Made by a program: the position numbers and the translations under genes. Below, piece by piece: positions 30,090 through 40,186 of a stretch of 64,000 nt of DNA. Under the pieces are notes generated by a model. That model did not search any database and had not been told where the DNA came from. It saw nothing but the letters and a program-made list of their open reading frames with translations. Numbering within the stretch: the stretch's first letter is position 1; every line of letters starts with the position of its first letter. The stretch comes from Daphnia carinata (lineage: Eukaryota): the NCBI RefSeq assembly GCF_022539665.2, contig NC_081331.1:10602001-10666000 (forward strand), in the 5' to 3' direction.

Positions 30090-31530
30090 CCATTCGCAGT
30101 TAGTTCAGTAGACTGGATGGGAATAACGCGTTGCTGGAGGAACAATTGAAAAATGAATAAGATATACAACAAAAGGATGGTAAGTAAAAACATTATTATA
30201 TTGGTTTTCAATTATTAATTATTGTTTATTAGATCAAATTATGAAGCTGCAGGCCCAATTATTGGAACAACACAAAATATTAGATAACAGCAAAGCTCAG
30301 GATGGTAAGGCCTAATACGTAATGATTCTATTTATTTGCTTTTATTCATTTGTGTTTAGTAGCTCAAATTTTGAGTCTACAAGCTCAGCTAGGGGAAAAG
30401 AACAAATTGGAACAGAACAGTTTCCAAACAGTGAAGGAGGTTTTTCCAAACTCATCCCTAACTGAACATGAGGATGAATTGGCATTAGGCGAACACAGTC
30501 AGGTACCTAAACTTTTCAAATAAGAATTTAAAATAAGTATAGAATTTTAACAAACAATTATTTATTGTTTAGTTATTCACTCTACCACCTGACAGTGTGT
30601 TAAAGTTAAATTCTGTTAGTGCTGCACTAAAAGAATTGTTAGTAATAAGTCCATGCAGCGAAGGAAGTGAACAATTGTGGGACCGTATTTGGGCTGAAAA
30701 TGGGTGTGGTACGGAAACCCAGAAATAGCACGACTTCAACATAAAACATGAATTAGGTACTTTTTGGTTTTTTGTCTATCGAAAAAGTATTTTTAATGCT
30801 ATTATTTTGCATTCACAGAATTTTAGTGGGGGATCAAGTCAAGTCTGGAAGTGTTACAGGATGGAAGAGTGAGCCTACAGTTGAAAAACACTGAAAGTGC
30901 ATTACCATTAAGGTATGAGGTAAAGTAATAGAGTATGCAAATTGTCTAATGAGAAGTACCATCTTGTGTGAATGAATCCTGTGTAACAGCAATCCTTTAT
31001 AGTTCTGTCACAGCTAGAAGCCTCAAATAATTCTGCTTCTCTTGCTAAAGAACAACTTGTCCTTTATGTTCAGAGTGTTGGTGAAACTGGGTACTTAAAT
31101 GGCCCTAAAGATGTTTCATTTCGTTGGCATTGCAGCGATGAACATCATACATGGACTTTTTAGGTATGAAAGGAATTTTCTTGAAAATTTTTTGAATTTA
31201 TGACAAAGCATTTCTCCTGCTTTTTGCCAACCATGTCTAATCTAAAAAAAAAATTATCCAATAGGAAAGGATTTTCAGCATACTGGGAACACAACTATCA
31301 ACAATGCAACATTCTAGGGGTGCTATTTTATCATTCAAGAGCCTTATACAATGATTTTCATCTGCAATTTGTATGGCCTTTCCCAAGCTTCTGCCAGAAG
31401 TTGAATCTATAAGTCATGTAAGTTACATGAGCAACAATTGAGATGCTTAATGGTGTTGTTTTTCTTTTCTCAGCATAGGTTAATAGTAACATTGGATCTG
31501 AAAAGATTCTTGGTTGGGGCAATAAATTGT
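30090..31530 (+). pseudogene. Spliced cargo gene in the left palindrome arm: coiled-coil protein, degenerate or truncated (119-aa ORF 30241-30728 across three exons) followed by non-coding exons
   Basis: Canonical GT-AG introns delimit exons 30233-30304, 30363-30502, 30573-30756 and several more. In-frame stops occur in exon 1 and at 30726. AATAAA at 31521. Confidence 0.6.
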
Positions 31531-31600
31531 AATGATTGAATGGATGACATGACATTTCTATACTTAATTTGGATTCCCGAGACGGTATTTTATATTTAAA

Positions 31601-31982
31601 AAATTGAAGTGCATATCTGGGCTCCCTTCCTTTCCGTAGCCCCGTTTCCCCTTGACTCGTAATAAGCCCGTAGGGGGTCATGCCCCTACTGTACGGTATA
31701 TATAAAAACAACATATACCGAGGTTTGGAGGGCTCTGGCCGGAAAGGGGACGTGGGGTGCCGCTTCGTCCGATGATGTGTTCACGGAGGGTGACGTGGCT
31801 GCCCACAAATCCGAACTAAAGGTTAATCGCTCCTGTAAAAATGTTCCAAATCTTCAGCTCTTCTTCCGGCTTCTCTTAGCCAATCACCGGGTAATCTCCC
31901 CGGTGGGTCAACAAGGCAGTGTCTCCCCCTGCCTGGGTTGACGGCAACTTTTGAAAGGGCTATTGTGCCTTTTTAAAGTTGC
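31601..31982 (-). mobile_element. GC-rich multi-hairpin element, copy 1 (left arm)
   Basis: Mirror of 32851-33232; a homologue exists outside the palindrome at 35666-35987. Confidence 0.6.
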
Positions 31983-32287
31983 AAAAATAATTGTTATGTG
32001 CAGAGAATTGTCAATAAATTTTTTTTTATAAAATATTTTTTGCAAAATTTGTTTCTTTCATTGTCTGTGTTAGCTGTGTTCACACATTACATTTATCAAC
32101 TTTTTTTTTTTCTTTGCTTTATTTGTTTTTGTCACCTTTGATGGTAAGCATTGTTTCCATTGGTTTATCGTTTATCTGTAAGTATTCAATTATTGTTTAT
32201 TACACTCTTTGAATTCTTCAACTTAGATTCAAGGAACAACGTGTAATATCTGGATATTTTTTTGAAGTAATTTTGTATTTTGTTTTA

Positions 32288-32353
32288 CTCGTATGGGAAC
32301 CGATCCCCAGACATTCAGCGTGCAACGCCGATGCTCTAACATTGAGCCACGAG
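32288..32353 (-). other. tRNA-like module 1 (D-arm GCTC/GAGC, anticodon-like arm TCGGC-GTTGCAC-GCTGA, degenerate T-arm); probably not a functional tRNA
   Basis: Minus strand reads CTCGTGGCTCAATGTTAGAGCATCGGCGTTGCACGCTGAATGTCTGGGGATCGGTTCCCATACGAG. Confidence 0.6.
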
Positions 32354-32459
32354 ATATATTTAAAAATTTTATTATCGCATATCATAAGTTATCGTCTAGG
32401 ATGTTTATGCAGTCTTTCACAACTATATGTTTATCTTTCTATTGCTTTCATAAGGTTCA

Positions 32460-32516
32460 TAGCTCTGTGGTAGAGCCTTTAGCTACCATACCTGTTACAC
32501 TGGGTTCGAAGCTCAG
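32460..32516 (+). other. tRNA-like module 2 (A box TAGCTCTGTGG, D-arm GCTC/GAGC, T-arm CTGGG-TTCGAAG-CTCAG; anticodon arm decayed)
   Basis: Pol III A-box and B-box (GGTTCGAAGC) at tRNA-like spacing, with intact D and T stems. Confidence 0.6.
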
Positions 32517-32645
32517 TAGATGTGTTAAAATGAAATAGAATAAATGTAGAAGAGTATATTGCAGAATTGCATTTCAGTTTTATTCTTAGTGTAAATGCAA
32601 GTCCACAAGTCACTAGAAAAAAGCCAACTTGACATCATATGTTTC

Positions 32646-32703
32646 ATGGCTCATTGGTAGAGCATCGGCGCGGTATGCCGAACATCTAGGGTTCGATACC
32701 TGG
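32646..32703 (+). other. tRNA-like module 3 (D-arm GCTC-ATTGGTA-GAGC, arm TCGGC-GCGGTAT-GCCGA, T-arm with GGTTCGATAC); no acceptor stem
   Basis: Three cloverleaf arms visible; acceptor stem and the invariant U33 are missing. Confidence 0.65.
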
Positions 32704-32850
32704 ATAATAATAGAATGCTTATAAGCGAAAAAATTGATAAATGTAATGTGTGAACACAGCTAACACAGACAATGAAAGAAACAAATTTTGCAAAAAATAT
32801 TTTATAAAAAAAAATTTATTGACAATTCTCTGCACATTACAATTATTTTT

Positions 32851-33232
32851 GCAACTTTAAAAAGGCACAATAGCCCTTTCAAAAGTTGCCGTCAACCCAG
32901 GCAGGGGGAGACACTGCCTTGTTGACCCACCGGGGAGATTACCCGGTGATTGGCTAAGAGAAGCCGGAAGAAGAGCTGAAGATTTGGAACATTTTTACAG
33001 GAGCGATTAACCTTTAGTTCGGATTTGTGGGCAGCCACGTCACCCTCCGTGAACACATCATCGGACGAAGCGGCACCCCACGTCCCCTTTCCGGCCAGAG
33101 CCCTCCAAACCTCGGTATATGTTGTTTTTATATATACCGTACAGTAGGGGCATGACCCCCTACGGGCTTATTACGAGTCAAGGGGAAACGGGGCTACGGA
33201 AAGGAAGGGAGCCCAGATATGCACTTCAATTT
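32851..33232 (+). mobile_element. GC-rich multi-hairpin element, copy 2 (right arm)
   Basis: Consecutive stems GCAACTTT/AAAGTTGC, GTCAAC..AGGCAG/CTGCCT..GTTGAC, CACCGGG/CCCGGTG, CGGTATAT/ATATACCG, AGGGG/CCCCT and GGGCT/AGCCC; ends GCACTTCAATTT. Confidence 0.65.
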
Positions 33233-33302
33233 TTTAAATATAAAATACCGTCTCGGGAATCCAAATTAAGTATAGAAATGTCATGTCATCCATTCAATCA
33301 TT

Positions 33303-34745
33303 ACAATTTATTGCCCCAACCAAGAATCTTTTCAGATCCAATGTTACTATTAACCTATGCTGAGAAAAGAAAAACAACACCATTAAGCATCTCAATTGTT
33401 GCTCATGTAACTTACATGACTTATAGATTCAACTTCTGGCAGAAGCTTGGGAAAGGCCATACAAATTGCAGATGAAAATCATTGTATAAGGCTCTTGAAT
33501 GATAAAATAGCACCCCTAGAATGTTGCATTGTTGATAGTTGTGTTCCCAGTATGCTGAAAATCCTTTCCTATTGGATAATTTTTTTTTTAGATTAGACAT
33601 GGTTGGCAAAAAGCAGGAGAAATGCTTTGTCATAAATTCAAAAAATTTTCAAGAAAATTCCTTTCATACCTAAAAAGTCCATGTATGATGTTCATCGCTG
33701 CAATGCCAACGAAATGAAACATCTTTAGGGCCATTTAAGTACCCAGTTTCACCAACACTCTGAACACAAAGGACAAGTTGTTCTTTAGCAAGAGAAGCAG
33801 AATTATTTGAGGCTTCTAGCTGTGACAGAACTATAAAGGATTGCTGTTACACAGGATTCATTCACACAAGATGGTACTTCTCATTAGACAATTTGCATAC
33901 TCTATTACTTTACCTCATACCTTAATGGTAATGCACTTTCAGTGTTTTTCAACTGTAGGCTCACTCTTCCATCCTGTAACACTTCCAGAATTGACTTGAT
34001 CCCCCACTAAAATTCTGTGAATGCAAAATAATAGCATTAAAAATACTTTTTCGATAGACAAAAAACCAAAAAGTACCTAATTCATGTTTTATGTTGAAGT
34101 CGTGCTATTTCTGGGTTTCCGTACCACACCCATTTTCAGCCCAAATACGGTCCCACAATTGTTCACTTCCTTCGCTGCATGGACTTATTACTAACAATTC
34201 TTTTAGTGCAGCACTAACAGAATTTAACTTTAACACACTGTCAGGTGGTAGAGTGAATAACTAAACAATGAATAATTGTTTGTTAAAATTCTATACTTAT
34301 TTTAAATTCTTATTTGAAAAGTTTAGGTACCTGACTGTGTTCGCCTAATGCCAATTCATCCTCATGTTCAGTTAGGGATGAGTTTGGAAAAACCTCCTTC
34401 ACTGTTTGGAAACTGTTCTGTTCCAATTTGTTCTTTTCCCCTAGCTGAGCTTGTAGACTCAAAATTTGAGCTACAAAACACAAATGAATAAAAGCAAATA
34501 AATAGAATCATTACGTATTAGGCCTTACCATCCTGAGCTTTGCTGTTATCAAATATTTTGTGTTCCAATAATTGGGCCTGCAGCTTCATAATTTGAGCTA
34601 ATAAACAATAATTAATAATTGAAAACCAATATAATAATGTTTTTACTTACCATCCTTTTGTTGTATATCTTATCCATTTTTCACTTGTTCCTCCAGCAAC
34701 GCGTTATTCTCCATCCAGGCTACTGAACTAACTGCGAATGGCATC
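33303..34745 (-). pseudogene. Mirror copy of the spliced cargo gene in the right palindrome arm
   Basis: Reverse complement of 30090-31530 with a few substitutions and a 3-nt in-frame deletion in exon 2. Confidence 0.6.
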
Positions 34746-35069
34746 CAATGGACTGAAATTGCCTACGCCAGTAATAACGAGTCTGAGCGGTAGATGGCTA
34801 CGTGTCGGAAAAAAAGAAAAAAGTGTGATTTTTTTTTTTTTGGCGAAATTTTTTTTTTTAATGTAAAACGGATTGCCATATCTAGCGGCCAGATTCCTAT
34901 TTAATTTTCTAAATACAACTTTACACATTCTAGCCATGAAAATATATAATTTTTTAAATTAATAACTTTATTTGATTAACATATAACTATACAGTAATTA
35001 TCTGTTATATTCTACTTACTTAACTTAATTATTATGCGAATGAAATTTAATGCTATTGTTTATTAATAG

Positions 35070-35665
35070 GAAAAAATTTTAAGCCCGACAATATAAGCCC
35101 TGGCTTATTTTTTAACCCAACCTTTACCGTTTTTTACGTTTTATTCAAAAGCTATGAGTCCCATGAGAAAACAGCCCTCATATTCGTGATGCCCGTTCAA
35201 TTCTGCATCGAAACCATGTATTTAAAGCGAAATCTGAAATTTTGTCAAAATCGGGAAAAATCCAAATTTCTCGCAATGCGAAGAAAATCCCACCGTATAA
35301 CCCAATTTTAACGCTGATTCAGAAAAAGCCATTTTTTTTTGTCATGTAAGCCGTTTTTGAAATAATCGTCATTGAAAGATTAAGTCGGGCTTATTTTTTT
35401 AGTCACGCTTATTTTTTTAGACCCAACTTCACCGTTTTTTAGGTTTTATTCAAAAACTATGAGTCCCACGAGAAAACAACTCTCATATTCGTGATGCTTG
35501 TTCAATTCTGCATCGAAACCATGTATTTAAAGCGAAATCTAAAATTTTGCCAAAATTGAAAAAGTAAGAAGGCCTTCTCACTTTTTCAATTTTCGTCAAA
35601 TTCTAGATTTCGTTAAGAATACGTTATTTTGATTCGAAAATGGTCGCTGGTCACGAAAATGGGGT
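35070..35665. repeat. GGGCTTATT-family modular repeat: two ~305-bp-period copies ending in a spacer-less palindrome centred at 35572/35573
   Basis: 35102 and 35407 start near-identical blocks (CCCAAC.T..ACCGTTTTTTA.GTTTTATTCAAAA.CTATGAGTCCC). The reverse complement resembles the 21947/22268 units. Confidence 0.7.
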
Positions 35666-35987
35666 ACTGCCTTGGTTGACCCACCGGGGAGATTACCCGG
35701 TGCTTGGCTAAGAGAAGCCGGAAAAAGAGCCGAAGATATGGAACATTTTTACAGGAGCGATTAGCCTTTAGTTCGGATTTGTGGGTAGCGACATAGCCCT
35801 CCGTGAACACATCATCGGACCAATGAGGACCCCCATGTCCCCTTTCCGGTCAGAGCCCTCCAAACCTCGGTATATGTTGTTTTTATATATACCGTACAGT
35901 AGGGGCATGACCCCCTACGGGCTTATTATGAGTCAAGGGGAAACGGGGCTACAGAAAAGAAGGGAGCCCAGATATGCACTTCAATTT
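35666..35987 (+). mobile_element. GC-rich multi-hairpin element, copy 3 (5'-truncated, diverged)
   Basis: Aligns with 32912-33232 and shares the exact end GGGAGCCCAGATATGCACTTCAATTT; flanks differ beyond it. Confidence 0.7.
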
Positions 35988-35999
35988 ATGTACGTCAAA

Positions 36000-37600
36000 T
36001 ACCATTACGGAGCTAGTGTTATTCTTTTCATGGGTAATTCCAATCGTGTTTCCTAACGTCAGTTTAAATAAAATCCAGCATTCTGAAACCTCATTTCCGA
36101 TCTGTTATGGCTATTGACCTAAAATGACAAAACAATAGCAAATCAATACAAAACAATTTTACCTGGATAACTTACTTTAAACAGTATTGTGTGTAATCCT
36201 TTTAGGGGTTTATACTTGAAACGCTTCTGGCAGAATTTCTAAATGAAGTCCAAACACGACACGTATGAATACCAATTATTTATGCTAACAGACAACTTTA
36301 TGGTCAGTAGAAGTGTACCTTTCCCATATGGCTAATATCCTTTAGAATAAATATGAAGGTTAGTAATTATGAAGGTTAACAATTCACCTGAAACTGGTTT
36401 AAAAATAATATTGATGTAAGAGAAATACATAAACCTTGTGCAAAACAAGTGGAAAACCAAATGAATCCATATTTTCCATAAGGCTATGCCAATAGTTGAT
36501 TATAGTGATCAGCATACCTGTTATCCAATAATGGTGATCAGGAAAAAGAAATTATAAATATCCGAGAATAAGACTTTAAAAAGATTACAAAAAAAGCAAA
36601 AAATGTTGAGTAACTGCTGCTGCAGGATTTTCTAAAAGCAACAACTTTCTGTGCACTTTTATTCTTCTATTGATGGTATTACCAAAGCAATAATTAAGTG
36701 TTCATTTAGTGCAAATGAAAGAGCTTTCATTAGAGAAACTTGTCCTAGTTAACCACATGCTCTTACTAGGAAATTGACAATTGCTCCACATAGACCAATG
36801 AATGGACTAAAAACAATGTGTAACAACAAGCAGAAAAAAAACACCATATTACAACTAACTTACAAGAAAGAGTCCAAGAAAAAACTAAATGTGGCAAAAT
36901 TTCTGATTCAATCTGTCAAGAGCCATACGGTACAGCAGCTCCTCGGATTACGTCCATCCAGAAGTTCACAGGGTGCTAGCTGTTTAATATGAAATGATTT
37001 ACGCTGAAGGTAACAAAAAAATTATGTTTAGAGTGTTTTCCAGTCACTAAAAATATTTTACGAATAATTTACTCTAATGCTAAACAATAATTTGTGGCTC
37101 TGAGGCTGCAATATTAAATCATACTAACTATGATATCTGACAACTTACAAATCCCACAAGCATAATGTGCTGTACCTGTGAAAGAAATTGCATTGTGTTT
37201 CAGACGTAAATAAAAATAGTTGGCTAACTGCATGGCTGGATTTACAATGGGCTTACTTTGATTGAACAGCTTGAATTTTCCTGCTGTATCCTCTCTATGG
37301 TATGTTCCGTCAATCACACATGTAGACACCTAAGTGAAAAATGGTAAAAGTCACAACATAACCAGGGGTGACTAACAAATATTTACCGAAGTAATAGTTT
37401 GCTGGCTGCTAGTAAGAAAGTGACAAAAATGTTTAAAATAAACTCACTTTTCCAACACGAACAGCATAACAGTCCAAAGGGGTGGTCGAAAACAATTCTA
37501 GTAGATACAACAGCAGATAATCCGAGAACCAAGATGTACTTTTACAATGGTTATTCAAGGGAAAAACTATTGCTCTGTAGATCCACGGGATTTTAGTGTC
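36000..37600 (-). ncRNA. Putative multi-exon spliced non-coding or degenerate transcript with many very short exons
   Basis: Regular series of minus-strand donors (GTGAGT ~37447, GTAAAT ~37386, GTAAGC ~37256, GTAAGT ~37148, ~36863, ~36175) with pyrimidine-AG acceptors at short-intron spacing; no continuous ORF found. Confidence 0.4.
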
Positions 37601-37670
37601 AAGAAGTGCTATTGCCCCGCGGATACCAGGTGGCGCTGGAGTGGTGATTGTGGTCGAATGTATCCACTAA

Positions 37671-38110
37671 GCTAGCGCGCCAGTACTTTACAGCGCTAGC
37701 GCGATGCAGCAAAAATATTCAGTATATTTCAAAAACGGTTGACTTAATAAAAAAAAAATAGTAATTTTCCAGGAATCAGCATTGAATTTTGTGTATAGCC
37801 TATGATAAGCAACCAATTCGGATGAGTGTCAATTTTTGCAGGAAAATTTTTTAAGCCCGTCTAAATAAGCCCGACTTTTCTTATACCTTGGGCTGAGCTT
37901 ATTTAGTCGGGCTTAAAATTTTTTTCTGCAAAAACGGACACTCATCGGAACTGGTTGAATATCACAGGATATATTCAAAATCGAATGCTGGTTCCGGGAA
38001 AATTGCTATTTTTTTTCATTAAGTTAATCGTTTTTGAAATACACCGACTATTTGACACAATGCTAGCGCGCCAGTACGTTACAGCGCTAGCGCGATGCAG
38101 CGCAAATATT
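37671..38110. mobile_element. Foldback-type module: ~160-bp inverted arms (37713-37870 / 37897-38053) bracketed by 40-bp direct repeats (37671-37710, 38062-38101)
   Basis: Arms are roughly 80% identical by eye. The direct repeat GCTAGCGCGCCAGTAC(T/G)TTACAGCGCTAGCGCGATGCAGC is itself a hairpin and recurs at 22552. Confidence 0.75.
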
Positions 38111-38196
38111 CGGTGCGTGCCTGTAGAGAATTAACTACAAATCTAATATGGCGATAGCAGTAAAATAGAAAAAAAGGGCGATATTTTATTTATTTA

Positions 38197-38199
<3 letters not shown>

Positions 38200-38233
<34 letters not shown>
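38200..38233. repeat. Poly-G run (~34 nt)
   Basis: Directly visible homopolymer at the right edge of the repeat block. Confidence 0.85.
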
Positions 38234-38234
<1 letters not shown>

Positions 38235-38488
38235 ACACATTGCCATATAATCCAGGCCTTTTTTTTTTTGCTAAACGCTTAGCTAAAGATTCATTTAGCT
38301 TCGGTAACCTAAAAATCCTATTATTTGGAAAAAACTTCTTGTTTGACTTACAAACGTGTATTCTTTTAATACATAGAACCAGAGTCAAAACAACACTGAA
38401 GTTTCCTCGAAGAACAATTATTAATGAAGGTCGCTTCCAACAAGAGATAAGCAGACAAAAGGATATAGTTACTTCAAGCAACTGATTT

Positions 38489-40186
38489 TTATTGTTCTTT
38501 CTTGTCTATGTCTGTTGCATCAAGTTGAACCGGTACGTTTTCTTCAGGATGGCTAGACGTATCAGGTTGTAAAGTAGTTTCTCGTAAGCATCCAAGATTT
38601 ACGACTTCATTACTGTTTAACTGAAGCCCCAGTATCGTGCACAGTTTGTTTCGGACGTTGTCGCTTGTTCTTAAAAGTTCGTTCTTGAAAAAGAAAACAT
38701 GTGGTTTTAGTCATACAGAAGTTTCAAATAAAATTTCAATTACCTGTATGGTATTTAGGCAAAGGCCTGTTAGGGCAAGTCCGAATAGTAAATATACAAC
38801 ACATGTCAAGAGAGCTAGGGGATGCTGCAATAAAAATAAAAATAATTAGAAACCCTTTTAAAGGTCAGTTGCTGACCACGGAAGATTGGAATTTTACTTG
38901 TGGTACATAATCTCCAAATCCAATTGTAGTTAGTGTTATGTAGACAAAGTAAAACGCTTCTAAAGGAGACCAATCTTCACTCAGGAAAAAAAGCATGGAT
39001 CCCCAAAGAACATAAAGGAAAAGAAGACAAATTGCCACTGGAGCTGAAATATCAAACTGATCATCAACACAGAAGGTTCTAGAAGTATTAACACTATTAA
39101 TTGTGTTATCATAGAATCCTTCAATAGTTTCAAACAATGGCCCAATAAACTTTTTCGATTTTCCTTGCTCAAAAATTTTTTTTAAGGTATTGTGCAGCAA
39201 CTTCAGAAAATTCTATATAAAAAAGATAAAATACAGATTAGGTATCCACATGACTGCATTGTAACTTTTTGGGAACCTTTATGAGGTTTGAGCTGCAAAT
39301 TCTTTTCCCAGATGGAGTGGCATAAAACCTAACTATATAAACCCAGGAGAGCTTGAGCATGCGGGTAAGAAGTAGACCACTTTCAGCCAATAGAATAAGA
39401 AAAAGGGGGATTCCAAATGTGGAATAAAACACTGTGATCATTCGTCCTAGCCATGTTACTGGAACTATATGGCCATAACCTGAAAGAATAACAAAATTCA
39501 CAGTATGACAATATTGTGAAAATTGGAATGCTTGGAAAAAACTAAACCAATTGTAGACACGGTTGTCATGCTAAAGGCAACGGCATCCCAAAATCCCCAA
39601 GTTCTTTTTCCGGTATAAGAGGTAAGACCAGCGCTGAATGCTTCATGTAACTGGTCTTCAAAATCAATTAGTCGTTGGCGGGCCAGCTCCCTCCACTCAT
39701 CCTCAGGTAGAATTGCAGATTGTTCCCATAATTCTTCAATGAAGTGACGGCGGATGCGCAGGGCTCCACACTTGTAGCGACTTTCGTGCCAACCTCGAGG
39801 TAAACAAAAGAGATGTAAACATTTTATCCTTTTGTTTACTTTTTCCTTGTCTGTAAATTATTTGATGCCATCTAGCGGCATCAAATCAACCGCCAGAAGG
39901 AGAAAAAAGTTGGTTTTTGTTGTGGTCAAAGACGAAAGCTTAATACAAACATGGTAAAATATGTACCTTCCAATGAAGCGAAAAGAAGCCCGCCGAAGAG
40001 CCAAAATGCTCCATTCACGAGAAGTAGCAAACAACACCATGATAAACCAGATCGAACAGTGCGCCATGAAGAAGGACATTCGGTCAGGAGATTTTTCCAT
40101 GTTGATCGGGAATCTCGAAATATTTCACGGGTAGCACGCCACAACGAGACTTTTTCTAACGAAGGGGCACTATCTATACTATCCAT
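38489..40186 (-). CDS. Two-pore-domain (K2P/TWIK family) potassium channel
   Basis: Four TM segments and two pore loops: [24 protein letters not shown] and [24 protein letters not shown]; last exon ends ...DIDKKEQ*. Confidence 0.9.

Larger units (their letters stand above)
29951..34882. repeat. Large inverted repeat (palindrome): arms 29951-32099 and 32734-34882, spacer 32100-32733
   Basis: Mirror-image identical ORFs in the track (31358-31714- = 33119-33475+; 31200-31412+ = 33421-33633-). Reverse-complement match followed by eye from GATATGGCAATCCG to ...CATTTATCAA. Confidence 0.97.

Noticed and set aside
32646..32703. Functional tRNA-Thr(GGT) or, at 32288-32353, tRNA-Ala(TGC)
   Set aside because: Acceptor stems are missing or partial and anticodon or T loops are non-canonical; kept only as tRNA-like modules.
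31358..33475. Duplicated 118-aa ORF MLFLYIPYSRG...
   Set aside because: It starts inside the hairpin element at a non-ATG codon, runs antisense to the spliced cargo and diverges in copy 3; it only marks the repeat.
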